In this document: positions 1 to 14,217 of the stretch, piece after piece | Layout of the letters: each line of letters starts with the position of its first letter | How positions within the stretch are numbered: the stretch's first letter is position 1 | From: Octopus vulgaris | Lineage: Eukaryota | Assembly (NCBI GenBank): GCA_951406725.2 | Contig: OX597818.1 | Span: forward strand, 102,920,001 to 102,984,000 | Length of the DNA: 64,000 nt | Direction: 5' to 3' | Program-made: the position numbers and the translations under genes | The notes under the pieces: model-generated | Seen by the model: only the letters and a program-made list of their open reading frames with translations | What the model was told of the DNA's origin: nothing | Databases searched by the model: none

Positions 1-34
1 AAAAGGAGAAGAAGAGGAAGAGGAAAAAGAGGAA

Positions 35-66
<32 letters not shown>

Positions 67-86
67 AGAAGAAGAGGAAGAGGAAA

Positions 87-159
<73 letters not shown>

Positions 160-205
160 GGAAGATGAAGAAGAAGAAGAAGAAGAAGGGGAAGAAGAAG
201 AAGAA
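1..205. repeat. (GAA/GAG)n purine trinucleotide microsatellite
   Basis: Direct reading; runs off the window start. Confidence 0.95.
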
Positions 206-439
206 GGCAACAACAACAACCATTACTTTCCTGTTGTAACTTCCTATTTATGCTTGTTTTGTGATTTTAACAATACGATGCAAATTATCTCCCCTTTGTT
301 TAGTTTCAGAGAACAATATGAAGTTGTTAATCGTCAAACACAGTTTTATTATTATTATTGAAGCTTATTGAAAAACGCATATTGAGACCCTTTCGAGTAA
401 TAGAGAACAACAAGGTGATGCTGTTGCTATTTCTAGGGC

Positions 440-652
440 AATGAGCTGGCAGAATCATTACTACATTCGCAAAATGCTCAGTGGTTTCTCTTCTGGCTCT
501 TTCATGCTCTGAGGTCAAACTCCGTCAAAGTTGACTTTGCCTGTCATCTTTTTAGGGTCAATAAAATAAGTAGCAGTCCAGTACTGGAATCAATATAATC
601 AAGCAGTTCCCACCACCAAAATTACAGGCCTTGTGCTTATAGTTGAAAGAAT
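440..652 (+). mobile_element. Old, diverged family A tRNA-derived SINE
   Basis: gagctggcagaatc...gaggtcaaactcc...gactttgcctgtcatc aligns by eye to the intact copy at 50055. Confidence 0.7.
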
Positions 653-884
653 TATTTCTATTGCTTATTGCCAGTTTTGCTCTATTTAAGCAGTTCTATC
701 ATTATCATCATCATCATCATCGTTTAACATCCGTTTTCCATGCTAGCATGGGTTGGACGGTTCCATAATAGAAGCAACTTACCCAAAGTACCACATAATG
801 GGACTGAACTCAGGACCATGTGTTTGAGAAGCAAATTTCTTACTACACAGCCATGCCAGCACCCACTATTTTTCAAATATAACA

Positions 885-1190
885 TCATCATCATCATCAT
901 CGTTTAACGTTCGTTTTCCATGCTAGCATGGGTTGGATGGTTCAACCGGGGTCTGGGAAGCCAGGAGGCTGCACCAGGCTCCAGTCTGATCTGGCAGTGT
1001 TTCTACAGCTGGATGCCCTTCCTAATGCCAACCACTCCGTGTGTGTAGTGGGTGCTTTTTACGTGCCACCGGCATAGGTGCCAGGTGAGGCTGGCAACGG
1101 CCACGATCGGTTGGTGCTTTGTACGTGTCACTGGCATGGAGGCCAGTTGAGGCGGCGCTGGCAACGGCCATGTTCGGATGGTTCTTTTTA
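885..1190 (-). mobile_element. Family C SINE-like retroposon with (GAT)n tail
   Basis: Shares ccatgctagcatgggttgg...gctggatgcccttcctaa with 5311-5672; (CAT)n tail on + strand; tail-only fragments at about 700-765 and 4530-4600. Confidence 0.8.
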
Positions 1191-2117
1191 TGATAAAAAA
1201 TTTTGCAGCCATGATCATACCATGAACTAGGCCAATTATACCTAAGACTATATTATCAAATGGAACCTGACCTTCGTTTGTTTAAAATTACAGTATGGCA
1301 TTTGAGAAAGGCCTGACTGCTATATCTAGCATATCAGGTGACTACATAGAAGCTCTGATACCTGTAGATTGTATCATGGGCTGTCTTGCTATATAACAAT
1401 AAAATTACTTCAGTTACAAATAAATATATCTACCTTCTTTAATTAATTAGTTATATATCATTATCAATTAATTACCTAACCTTAATTACATATCATTGTT
1501 AATCAGTCATGTATAGAAAATTAAAAACCTATATTGTTGGTTTTTTTCCCCATTTCTGTTTCACCTTACATTTCAATGTTTCGGTTAATCAAATTCTAGA
1601 TTTTCTTAGTGGTATGTTCCTACATGTTATTCGTGGCCATACTGCAGCAAGATATTCAAGAGCATTCAATGATTGTATCAAAAGGTGTACCAAGTTCTTA
1701 TTGATTTTGTCAGGAATGGAATGGTAAAGTCAAATCAGGTGCAAAGAGATATAATTGCATGAAACAAAATGATGCAAAGATTTGTGGAGTTTTTATGCTT
1801 AATTATTTTTTTTTTTGGTGTACTGATTTTATCATTTTGCATCAATACACACATACACTCATGTATGTGTGTGTGTGTATGTGCAGATGTAAATATACAG
1901 ATATATAGGTGTATATAAATATATGTATTTATATTAGTTTTTACACACTTATACATGCACACATATATATACATACATATAAATATATATATATAATAAA
2001 TACATATACATACATGTATATATAAATGTATATATAGGTACAAGCAATTAAGAACTTTCTATGATGTTTCACGAGTGTTACATCACCCCTTTTGATGTTT
2101 GAGGATCTCAGATGTTT

Positions 2118-2206
2118 TTTCGGCTGATGAGTATGGGTCACCTATATTTACTGCAATTTTTGTAGCCTTATTAAAGATGTCTTCGTACGAAACAATTGTA
2201 CCAAAA
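2118..2206 (+). ncRNA. Minimal type I hammerhead ribozyme motif
   Basis: tttcgg-CTGATGA(2124-2130)-gtatg...cgtac-GAAA(2189-2192)-caattg-TA-ccaaaa. Palindromic stem III, GUA cleavage triplet, stem I with one mismatch; element flanked by (TA)n. Confidence 0.75.
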
Positions 2207-2338
2207 TACTGATCCATTCTTGTTGTTTTTTTCCTATAAATGTATATATATATGTGTATATATATATATATATATGTACATACATACATATATATTTATG
2301 TATATATATATATATATGTACATACATATATATATATT

Positions 2339-2407
<69 letters not shown>

Positions 2408-2810
2408 TATATATATGTACATACTGACCTAAAACAGGTCAGTTCATCTCAAATTCTTTGTAAACTCCTAAATATATCTCTTTCTGTATATATATATATA
2501 TATATATATGCTACCAAATATGACTGTTTTTGAACTAATACCTTTCTGTGTATATATATAGATACTTCCAAACAAACATGATTTTTAATGAAATCCTAAT
2601 ATATTTTTGTTAATATTTTCTCAAGATATTTCCTTGTAAACTGTTTTTAACATTTTTTTTATTATTATCAAAGAATATATATATATATTTTGATATTTTT
2701 GTGACAACGAGTACTTATACAAAGCTTTACATTTTACTTTTGACAATCTTTTTCCAAAAATGTGAAACCAGTCAAGTGAATAAGCACCTTTAAAATTGCA
2801 TTTGCAAACC

Positions 2811-2850
<40 letters not shown>

Positions 2851-2851
2851 A

Positions 2852-2917
<66 letters not shown>

Positions 2918-3074
2918 TAAAAAAACGAAGAAAAAACAAGAAAGAAACAACAATGGGAGGACGTGGTACATGCAAAGTATTGCAAAGTATTAACAGATGC
3001 TCTGGGTAGGAAATAAAGGTTGTTTTACATTTCAAGCAAAGCTCTTCACACACACACAATTATATATATATATG

Positions 3075-3274
3075 TTTCTTTATTACCCACAAGGGGCTAA
3101 ACATAGAGGGGACAAACAAGGACAGACAAACGAATTAAGTCGATTACATCGACCCCAGTGTGTAACTGGTACTTAATTTATCAACCCCGAAAGGATGAAA
3201 GGCAAAGTCGACCTCGGCGGAATTTGAACTCAGAACTTAACGGTAGACGAAATACGGCTACGCATTTCGCCGCC
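3075..3274 (-). mobile_element. Family A tRNA-derived SINE, 5'-shortened
   Basis: Reverse complement of the 50055 copy; box B gagttcaaattcc on minus strand. Confidence 0.9.
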
Positions 3275-3458
3275 TTCATATTTATATATATATATATAAT
3301 GCATCTGCATATATAACCAAAGCACTTTATTTACAGACAATTGGTCTTCATTTTGTTGTTCTTTAACATGATACCAATAATTTATTTAGAAAGCTTATCT
3401 GAGTGAAGGAAGTACAATTATCCCTATTTTAAGGACTATCTGGCTCTACCTGTTGTTG

Positions 3459-3764
3459 TTTTGTTTGTTCCTTCTCAATCCATGCCTGGCTCATAAGGGC
3501 CAATTTCTCGGCTTCATTGGCGTATATGTTCCCCACCCGGACAGGACGCCGGTCCGTCGCAGGTGAGCTGCAAGATACAAGAGGAAAGAGTGAGAGAAAG
3601 TTGTGGCGAAAGGGTCAGCAGAAGTTTGCCATTACCTTCTGCCGGAGCCACGTGGAGCTTAGGTGTTTCGCTCATAAACACACACATCGCCCGGTCTGAG
3701 ATTCGAATCTGCGATCCCTTGACGGCGAGTTCGCTGCTCTAACCACTAGGCCATGTGCCTCCAC
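3459..3764 (-). mobile_element. Family D tRNA-derived SINE, full length with 17-bp TSD
   Basis: Minus-strand head gtggaggcacatggcctagtggttag (box A) and attcgaatctc (box B); TSD ggctctacctgttgttg at 3442-3458 and 3765-3781. Confidence 0.92.
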
Positions 3765-4018
3765 GGCTCTACCTGTTGTTGATGCTTTTTACCTCAAAGC
3801 AAAATTGATTTTGCATACATATTATGAAAGACTCTCCAGACATGACATCACACATTTTTCAGATATTGAAACTTACATTTTCAATATGACCCATCTTGTT
3901 TAAGAAAGAGAAAGGGAGTAGGTTTCATAAGTAGTAGGGTGCTATATCTAGAAGGTCAAGGTGACACTAAGATAGTACTGCTATGTCTCGGTACATCTGT
4001 ATTTATTTAAGATGGCTC

Positions 4019-4202
4019 TTTACTCTTTTTCTCTTTCACTTGTGTCAGTCATTTGACTGTGGCCATGCTGGAGCACCGCCTTTAGTCGAGTAAGCCTAGT
4101 ACTTATTCTATCGGTCTCTTTTGCAGAACATCTAAGCTATGGGGGCGTAAATACACAAACATCGATTGTCAAGCGATGTTGGGGGGACAAACAGACACAC
4201 AA

Positions 4203-4241
<39 letters not shown>

Positions 4242-4405
4242 CGACGGGCTTCTCTCAGTTTCCGTCTACCAAATCCACTCACAAGGCTTTGATTGGCCCG
4301 AGGCTATAGTAGAAGACACTTACCCAAAGTGCCATGCAGTGGGACAGAACCTGGAACCATGTGGTTGGTAAGCAAGCTACTTACCACTCAGCCACTCCTA
4401 CGCCT
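4019..4405 (-). mobile_element. Family B tRNA-derived SINE with internal (CA)/(TA) tract
   Basis: Minus-strand head ggcgtaggagtggctg..tgg and box B-like ggttctgtccc; near-identical to 19512, 25291 and 48912. Confidence 0.9.
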
Positions 4406-5107
4406 ATATGGCTGGGTATGATTTGAAAATATATTTGACTGCTCTTTTTGGCAAGTCTAGTATAACCAAAACGATTCTCTCTTGTTGGATTGATGTATTC
4501 TTCCTTTTTAATCCTCATCTTTGTCATCGACATCATCGTTGTCGTCGTCATGGACATCATCATTTAATGCCCACTTCCCATGCTGGCATGAGTTGGGTAA
4601 GAATGATGGAATATGGTTTATGGAATATTGGACTGCTTTTCCTAATATTTCTCTTGACCACACAGATCTCTTCATTGGTTCAAGATCTCTTTATTCAAAA
4701 TGGTTTCGTGTAATTTAATAGAGATTTGGATAGAAATTCTAGCAGATCTTGTAAATGCATAGATAACATTCTTCCACGTTGGCTTGAGTCAGCCTTCCTC
4801 GTTGAAGATAATGGCATGTGATTTAAGGGCGATTTGACAGCTTCTTTAATAGTTCTGGCAACAAAACAGAAGCCGCAATGATAGCTCCTACAGAAAGTGT
4901 TATAAGGTGCTAAGGCTTCTTACCTAATCTCCATTTCTTGAGAGGAATAAAAATGGAAAAACTCGAAAAATAAAGAAAAGCAAAGCAATCACTGAATAAC
5001 ATTTGTCACTTAGCTTGCAGATTACTGCTTCAACATTTTCAGAATACCTGTATTGAAAAATATTGCATAAAAATTAATAAAGATTAGAAAAATACAAATG
5101 ACTATCT

Positions 5108-5230
<123 letters not shown>

Positions 5231-5310
5231 TGTGTGTGTGTGTGTGTATGAGTGTACGTGTATGTGTGTGTGTGTGTTTACGTATGTATATATATATGTA
5301 TGTATATATA

Positions 5311-5672
5311 TCATCATCATCATCATTTAGCGTCCGCTTTCCATGCTAGCATGGGTTGGACGGTTCAACTGGGGTCTGTGAAGCCAGAAGGCTGCATCAG
5401 GCCCAGTCTGATCTGGCAGTGTTTCTACGGCTGGATGCCCTTCCTAACGCCAACCACTCCGTGAGTGTAGTGGGTGCTTTTTACGTGCCACCCGCACAGG
5501 TGCTAGACGGAGCTGGCGAACGGCCACGAACGGATGGTGCTTTTACGTGCCACCGGCACGGGGGCCAGGCGAGGCTGGCAACGGACACGAACGGATGGTG
5601 CTTTTACGTGCCACCGGCACGAGGCCAGTCGGGGCGACGCTGGCAATGGTCACGAACGGATGGTTCTCTTAC
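5311..5672 (-). mobile_element. Family C SINE-like retroposon with internal tandem repeats
   Basis: Homologous to 885-1190; repeated roughly 65-bp unit cacgaacggatggtgcttttacgtgccaccggcac. Confidence 0.85.
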
Positions 5673-5711
<39 letters not shown>

Positions 5712-5797
5712 CACACATGCAAACACATGTATGTATATATGTGTCTATCTTTCTCTGTTTCTTTGTTTTACTCTCTCTCTCTCCGTCTGTCTCTTTC

Positions 5798-5831
<34 letters not shown>

Positions 5832-6729
5832 TATATATATATACATGTATATATATATATATATTATATACATGTGTATACATATATACACACACACATA
5901 TTATATACGTGAGTATAATTGTATACATAAACACACACACATATATATGGTACAGACGTAGCTGTGTATTAAGAAGCTTCAATCCCAACTACATATATGC
6001 ATGTACATGCATATATGTGTGTGTTTATATGTGTGTTTATGTGTGTGTTTGTGTGTGTGTGTGCGTGCGCGCGCGCGCGTGTGTGTGCCTTTGAGGTCAA
6101 TAGAATAAGTAACAGACTTTAAAATTGGAGTACTAGGGGTCAATTCATTCACCTAAAATTTCTCCAAGGTGGTGCCCCAGCAGGTTTCATGATTGAATTG
6201 AAACAAGATAAATATATATATATGCTGAGACCCCCTTCGGTCATGACTGACCACGGGATTGCACCTAGAAAGTTACCCTCCCAGGCACAAGTCCGGGTAA
6301 GGTTGTCTTTTTAGGAGAACAGCAGTCGCCCATGCATTGAGACAAACGGTGCAGAGCAGAAAATTTAGCTGTTATACTTGTGTCAGTAAAGCTACTTGAA
6401 GAGCTTCGGTTCCGAGGAACGATGAAGAAAGAGGGATATTAGCAGAAGCCGAACTAAGAAGAAGAAGAGGAAATCTCGAAAACTGCTCTCCCAACAACAC
6501 CACCTTTTGAGGCTCTGGAAATCTAGGAAGGAATTCCAATATACTTTACTCTCAGAAGGTGACAAAGCCGAATTTCCAAGTTGGAATTATTCCATCATCT
6601 TGTAAAGATGTGGAATAAACGGGGGCTGGTCAAAAATATTAGACTCCTATGGGTGGATAAAATGAAAGAAAGAAGGAATTTGGTAATGTGTTTAGGATAC
6701 AGCGGAAACAAGAACGTGTAGCCTGATGA

Positions 6730-7790
6730 ACACCAAAGATTACAAAGGAACCTTTCTCTCTGAGCCCAAGCGCATAATTATCAAGTCTAGAGGAGAATCA
6801 AACTTATGCCAAAATAAGTTAAAAGAAACTATGGAACAACCAGCATCTTATATCAGGAAAATAACACTAGAACAGAAGTTTACTGGTTCAGCAAAATTAT
6901 GATAGAAATAAAAGTAGGTGTAAATTTGTTATGTTTGACATCCTTTACCAAAATCTCCTCCTTAAATCAGTGAAATTCGGAAGAATATATTGCAGAAAAA
7001 ATGAAAAAGTACGATGTTGAGTATATTATTATTATTATGTATTTCCAGATAAAATCTCTCGTATTAAGGAAGGATTTAGTATGAGAGAAATACGTTGACG
7101 AAGATTTTTATATTTGCATGGGTTGATTGAACATTGCAGAGATTTGCCAGTTAGTCGGGTTTGAGTCTAAGACATGCTCAAAGCAAAAATAAAACATTAA
7201 ATAGACAGACGATCGATTGTCTGTCTCGTGAAATATTAACGACTACAAGTTAAATAAGATTAGGAAAGACTTAATCAGTACTTTTAAAGAACTACAATTT
7301 AACATCACTCGAGCAACTAATATAAGCATAGACAACAGTCTAGATGTCACCTCAGATTTTGACAAGGGAGAATACAATCATACAAAAACTCAATTAAAAA
7401 CTTAGGTACTTCGACAGAAATTTCTACTAGATTCTTATCACCTATAGAATCTAATTAAAAATATAAGTTAACGGATTTAATATATCTTCAGACAAAAGAA
7501 CGTTTGACAGGTAGACATTTAATACAATATAGCCTTAGAGGATTGCAGTTTCAAAGGAAAGGAAAAAATTCTTATACAAGGAGATACAGCCTATGAAGAA
7601 AGTACACAGAAAATAAAGGAGTAAGCGAAATATACAAAAACACGTATACAGTTAAAATTCTTTCTAAATTTAATATTCCAATATTTTATCAACTGCAACA
7701 AATTGCATAAGATATTTAACCACCAGAATGTCAATATGAGCTTCAAATATTTTTCTAACTTCGTTAAATTTATTATATATAGTAATCGAA
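6730..7790 (+). pseudogene. Decayed Penelope-like element reverse transcriptase
   Basis: Manual translation across frameshifts gives KDYKGTFLSEPKRIII, FYICMG*LNIAEICQLVG, NSLDVTSDFDKGEY, ISSDKRTFD and FFLNLIFQYF..KLHKIFN. These resemble recalled PLE RT motifs (KDHK.NF..NP.CRLINP; FDVTMGS.DGAE.CELVG; NFLDVT; KLHKIFN). Confidence 0.7.
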
Positions 7791-7895
7791 CTAAACTGCA
7801 GAATGCACTTAGTAACTTGCACGCAGTGTTTACATAAATATATCAATACCTAAGGACCAAGTACACTCTACTTACAGACAGAGAGGAGAGTGAGT

Positions 7896-7946
<51 letters not shown>

Positions 7947-8011
7947 GGTACGATAATGTGAGCAACTATAAAATTACAGTGTTGAATTCCATTGAATGAA
8001 CCTACAATACA

Positions 8012-8244
8012 TATTTCTTTACTACCCACAAGGGGCTAAACACAGAGAGGACAAACAAGGACAGACAAACGGATTAAGTCGATTATATCGACCCCAGTGC
8101 GTAACTGGTACTTATTTAATCGACCCCGAAAGGATGAACGGCAAAGTCGACCTCGGCGGAATTTGAACCCAGAACGCAACGGCAGACGAAATACGGCTAC
8201 GCATGTCGCCCGGCATGCTAACGTTTCTGCCAGCACGCCGCCTT
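8012..8244 (-). mobile_element. Family A SINE, full length
   Basis: Reverse complement of 50055-50288. Confidence 0.92.
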
Positions 8245-8677
8245 AAAAAAAACAACAAAAATCATTTATCTCAATACGTTGTTGACCTTGGCTTCTAGTT
8301 TGAATATGAAACATTGTTCGTTCCGTTTCCTATCAGCGTGTGAATCGATGGTGTGCAGAGATGCTGCACACTGATAAATGCGTGATTGAATGGCTTATTG
8401 TGTTGAAGTGGGTGGCAACAGGTTGACTTGACATGTGTTGCAGTGCTCTTTGAATATGCTCCCGAAAGTAATCATAAAAAGGAGTTATCTATTGATTGCA
8501 AAGATAATCTTCGTGAATTTAAGACTTTGAAGTTGGTACAATGCATATGAACTACCTTACTGTATATGGAGAACGCAGATCACTTCGTCTAAAGGTCTTT
8601 TACTTAATTATACATCATATCTATCCAACCGTGACCATTGCATGTTTTAGCTAGATATCATACACCAGGTAATATTA

Positions 8678-8730
<53 letters not shown>

Positions 8731-8738
<8 letters not shown>

Positions 8739-9031
8739 GAAATGAAGAAAATACTGACAAAATAATTTAAGTAATTTAAGTAATTTAATTAGGTGGAGTT
8801 CTTTTTACGGTTGCGCATTTGTTATGCTTATCAAAAGATATTTTTAAAGAGAGATAGAGTTCCTTTCTGATAGATTTTTTAAGAGGAAAAAATCTATCAG
8901 AAAGGAACTCTATCTCTCTTAAAAAAATATCTTTTGATAAGCATAACAAATGCGCAACCGGTAAAAAGAAGTTTCACCTAATTAAATTACTTAAATTATT
9001 TTGTCAGCATTTTCTTCATTTCCTTTTTATA
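8731..9031. repeat. About 150-bp-arm inverted repeat (fold-back) with 6-nt spacer
   Basis: Left arm 8731-8880 is the near-perfect reverse complement of 8887-9031; spacer aagagg; flanked by (TA)n. Confidence 0.92.
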
Positions 9032-9081
9032 TATCACAACTCGTGTTCCACATCTCCTTTTTTAAATATATATATATATAT

Positions 9082-9545
9082 ACTACCCGCAAGGGACTAA
9101 ACACAGAGAGGACAAACAAGGACAGACAAACGGATTAAATCGATTTATATCAACCCCAGTGCGTAACTGGTATTTATTTAATCGACCCCGAAATCGTCTG
9201 GTGTTACGTTCTGAGTTCAAATTCCGCTGAGGTCGACTTTGCCTTTCACCCTTTCTGGGTCGATTAAATAAGTACCAGTTACGCACAGGAGTTGATACAA
9301 TCGATTTAATCCGTTTGTCTCTCCTTGTTTGTCCTCGCTGTGTTTAGTCCCTTGTGGGTAGTAAAGAAATAGGTATTTCGTCTGTCGTTACGTTCTGAGT
9401 TCAAATTCCGCCGAGATCGACTTTGCCTTTCATCCTCTCGGGGTCGATAAATAAGGTACCAGTTACGCACTGGGGTCGATGTAATCGACTTAATCCATTT
9501 GTCTGTCCTCGTTTATCCCCTCTATGTTTAGTCCCTTGTGGGTAG
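9082..9545. mobile_element. Family A SINE cluster: one minus-strand fragment then a plus-strand tandem dimer
   Basis: 9082-9192 minus; 9195-9545 two head-to-tail units joined at aaagaaataggtatttcgtctg. Confidence 0.88.
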
Positions 9546-9569
9546 TTAAGAAATATATGTATATATATA

Positions 9570-9943
9570 TTCTCTTTTACTCTTTTACTTGTTATTATCT
9601 GACTGCGGCCATTCTGGAGGACCGCCTTTAGTCGAACTAATCGACCCCAGAACTTCTTTGTAAGCCGAGTACTTATTCTATCGGTCTCTTTTACCGAAAC
9701 GCTAAGTAACGGGGACGTAAACACACCAACATCAGTTGTCAAGCGAAGGTACGGGGGACAAATACACGCACGCACACACACACACACATATATACGACGG
9801 GCTTCTTTCAGTTTCCATTTACCAAATCCACTCATAAGTCTCTGGTCGGTTCAAGGTTATAATAGAAATCACTTGCCCATGCAGTGGGACTGAACCCGGA
9901 ACTATGTGGTTAATAAGCAGGCTACTTACCACACAGCCACTCC
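9570..9943 (-). mobile_element. Family B SINE
   Basis: Homology to the 19512 copy. Confidence 0.88.
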
Positions 9944-9975
9944 TGGAGAAGGCCGGTCTATGCTTGCTACAAACG

Positions 9976-10014
<39 letters not shown>

Positions 10015-10018
<4 letters not shown>

Positions 10019-10290
10019 GGCGGGTGGCTTAATATTTTGGGCATTCGACTCACGATTGTAAGGTCGTGTGTTCAATTTGCGGCGACGCGTCGTGTCCTTA
10101 AGCAAGACACTTTATTTCACCATGCTCCAGTTCACGCAGCTTGCAAAAATGAGTTGTACCTGTATTTCAAAGGGCCAGCCTTTTCGCATTCTGTGTCACG
10201 CTGAATCTGTAGATTACTCAGACACTTGGACGTTAATTTCACGAGCAAGCTGTTCTGTTGATCGAATCAGCTGGATTTTACTTATGGATT
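10015..10290 (+). mobile_element. Family E tRNA-derived SINE, diverged
   Basis: gaaggcgggtggcttaa head then cttaagcaagacactttatttcacc..gctccagttcac core, shared with 37525 and 62701. Confidence 0.7.
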
Positions 10291-12290
10291 TTACTCACAA
10301 GCTATTGGAATCTTATATGTATACCATTCTGCCTAAATAATGGATCTACAAATGCAATATCCCTGCATATCTCACATCTATTTTCATTCCTCCACTTCAC
10401 TCTCTATTTCGTATCTTATCTAAATTAACTATTGCTTAACCATTTTCTCACACCGTCACCCATGAAAGGATATAATAAATATCCTGGAAACAGCTGTAAG
10501 ACCTCCTATTTATAAATGTTCTCAAATCTTCACAGCCTCGGTTTTTTTTTTATCTCATTCTGCAAAAAAAATTTTTAATATATACTCACGCTGATATATG
10601 ACCTACGTTGGACTCCTTATTCATATAATCACCGAACCTGGAGCTTAACTATGGTCTATCCATAGCTCTTACTCAGCATTACCTGACACCTTTGGGTCTT
10701 ACTAACACCATTACCTCTCATAACCTCTTTCTCTCTGTTCTTCTCGTAAACTCTCCCTATATATCACACGCTCACGTGGTCGCACATGTTGATCCTGTCA
10801 TTTCTGACCACACACGTCTCCTTTGGACATTTACCCTCCGGCTGCACCTCTCCTACCTACGGATCACTGTGGACCCTACTCTTGATGAGAAATCCTTGCA
10901 ATACCCCACGACGTCAAAAAAACCTTTGAACTTTACGTAAAACAGATTTTCTGTGTTCCTTTCTGTAGAAGAGCGTAGGCTCGAAGCGTCAAATACTTTT
11001 TCTATTCCTGAGCGTTATACTAATACGTCTGTTTGTTTTCTACACCACCTGTCTTCGTCTTTTGTTTTTTTTCGTAAACTCTCCCTATACGGTGCCCCAG
11101 CATGGCCACAGCTCGTGAGCTGAAACTAGATAAAATAAATAAAAATTTAAAAAATATACGTATACACTTGAGATATTATCTGATGGAGATACGGCTGCTA
11201 TTTCTTGCATTTCGTAAGACTACATAGAAGCTCACGTACTGGCTTCAGTATAGAAGATCACTTGGACCGCAAAAATACGATAGCACTGACCCAGTGGGGA
11301 ATAATGTTCGTGGACTTAAGTGTAAGTAGGAAACTTAGTTGCGTTGGAAAGAAGCCTGTGGATTTTAGTGCATAGGCGGGATAAATTCTTATCGAATCTG
11401 TTATATAACAATATCAAATTAACTGATTATGATCGCTAAATCTAAATTTATAAAATTCGTGCTACGATATGGGAGACTGACATGCCCGAGTTTGCATATA
11501 GTTAAGGATATAGGGTAACGAAATTACGCTCTCCAGCTTCCAGGAAATGTCAGGCATTAATCTAGTTAGAAGATTGCATACGCATAAATGTTGCATGAAA
11601 TTAGTGTACACATACACGCATGCATATGCAAACGCGCACGTATATATGCACATATGCACACAAACATACACACATACACACAAGTAGGGTATTTGGTCTT
11701 AAAGTATAATTTTGCTATGTGCATATTTGTGCACGCGCGCGATAGTGTTTATGCGTTGGTGCATGCATGTGTGAGCGTGTGTGTGTGTGTGTGTACGTGT
11801 GCGTACATCAACTGTATTCATTCGCATTTTGTTTTATTTTGTTCATAATGGAATTACAAATACAGTTTTCCCTAAGAGACAAACATATATATATATATAA
11901 ATATATGGGGAGAGTAAGAGAGAGAGAGAGAGAGAGGGGGAGGGAGAGAGATCAAAAGAAGGGGAAATACGCATGCACACACACAAACATATATATAATA
12001 TATGTATTCTTGTGAGTGTGAGTGCATGTATATGTGAATATATATATATATGTTTAAGGGTTTAGCAACAAGTTGCTTCACCACATACCGAAAATTTAGA
12101 AATAGCAGCCAAAGACAGCTAGTTCTTTTAACTACAAATATGACTACACAGACAATAATTCTTTACCCCATTTCTGTAATGTGTATGCATGTATATGTAC
12201 ATATATATAATGTGTGTATTTATATGCATATGCATGTATGTGTGTATATATATATATGTATGTATATATATTATATATATATATATATAT

Positions 12291-12374
<84 letters not shown>

Positions 12375-12543
12375 GGAGAGCTTACGAAAAAAACAAAAAA
12401 CGAAGACAGGTGGTGTACGAAACAAACAGATGTATTAGTATAACGCTCAGGAATAGAAAAAGTCTTTTACATTTCGAGCCTACGCTCTTCTACAGAAAGG
12501 GACACAGAAAAAAGAAGGAGAGAAAATATATATGTATGTGTGT

Positions 12544-12578
<35 letters not shown>

Positions 12579-12671
12579 AATATATATATATATATAACTA
12601 TAACCTCGGGCCGACCAAAGCCTTGTAAGTGGATTTAGTAGACGGAAACTGAAAGAAGCTCGTCGTATATA

Positions 12672-13124
12672 TATTTTGGCAACACGCTGGCGGAGGGGGG
12701 AAGGTGACTTACTTTCATTCACCCTTTAAATTTGGCTGTACTGGCAAGAATTACGCTCGCTCTGATACCATGAGTTGAGGTGATGTCTTCTAGTGTCTTC
12801 AAATTTAATACACAATTATTAATAATTGAGACGCAATTATTTATAATTGAAGAGTCCTACGCTGAGGAGGAAAATAGTCCGGTAAGACATAATTATTTAA
12901 TTTTTATGCTCTGCAATGACTTAATTCCGAAACGTGCGTCCGTAGGTAACTTAATATAGAATGATTCTCGTCATTTCTTTCTCTTTTGCTTGCGTCGTTT
13001 GTTTTCTTAAGTGCTTTGGTTTTGCTGGGATCTCCCTTTTAAGTAGAAAGAATAGCCAAAACTTTTTGACTGCCATTTCTAAATTCGGTGTGTGGTGAGG
13101 CAAATCGTTGCTGAACCCTTAATT
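12672..13124 (+). mobile_element. Short hammerhead-bearing element in (TA)n, probably Penelope-like terminal repeat-derived
   Basis: Contains the HHR at 12856; 3' terminus (tttctaaattcggtgtgtggtgaggcaa..gttgctgaacccttaatta) shared in reverse with 12055-12170 and 30245-30350. Confidence 0.65.
12856..12946 (+). ncRNA. Minimal type I hammerhead ribozyme motif
   Basis: cctacg-CTGAGGA-ggaa...ttcc-GAAA-cgtgcg-TC-cgtagg. Perfect 6-bp stem I, canonical core, GUC triplet (predicted cut after 12940). Confidence 0.82.
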
Positions 13125-13127
13125 ACT

Positions 13128-13171
<44 letters not shown>

Positions 13172-13176
13172 CTATG

Positions 13177-13285
<109 letters not shown>

Positions 13286-13443
13286 TATAGATATATACTT
13301 ATGAGAGAGAAAGACTGAAAGAGAAAGGAAGAGAGGAAAGCACTGAATGCTCCCAGTTTTGATTAATGAGGAGAGATAATCAGAAAGAATCTAACATACT
13401 TCTTAATTAAGATGCTATGAAGAAAAGAATGGCTAAACATTTC

Positions 13444-13587
13444 TTATTTCTGTACTACCCACAAGGGGCTGCGCAGAGAGGGGACAAACAAGGACAGACA
13501 AAGGGATTAAGTCGATTACATCGACCCCAGTGCGTAACTGGTACTTATTTAATCGACCCCGAAAGGATGAAAGGTAAAGTCGACTTC
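13444..13587 (-). mobile_element. Family A SINE 3' half
   Basis: Homology to the 8012 copy. Confidence 0.85.
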
Positions 13588-14157
13588 TGAAACATATTCT
13601 TTTATGTAGGTATGGCTGGTGCTGTGGTCATATTGATTTAGGGGTAGAGAGGAGAATCTGACATTACTTAATTTATCACCAACAACAAAAACTTAACTGT
13701 CAATTCCCAGTGGTTTTGATTCTAAGGGGATGTAGACTGCTAGCAGCATCGGCTCTGTTGAATGTGATAAGAATAAAAATGAATGTAGCTATATCACCAT
13801 TCCTCTTTATTGACCCCCCATTATTCCCTTCTGTCTTTCTAAATTATATTAGGCTTTTGGTATTCTTTCGTTAAATTCATTCTGCTACAATAATAGCAAA
13901 AGAAGCAATGTATTTTAGTCTCCAGTACCGTAGAAAAATTTGCGAAAAAAAAAATTACAATGGAGAATACTTGATGTAATGTTTGCATTGATCGATTAAA
14001 TGGAGCCGCTTGAAACAGCCGTAATGCGCTAATATATGAATATGCTTGTTTCTTATTTGCTTTTTATTCACCTAACTTCGAGCTGTGCGAACAAAACTGG
14101 ACAGACTTGGTGCCTCAACTTATGTACTTAATTTAATTGAATCTTAATTATTTCTAT

Positions 14158-14217
<60 letters not shown>

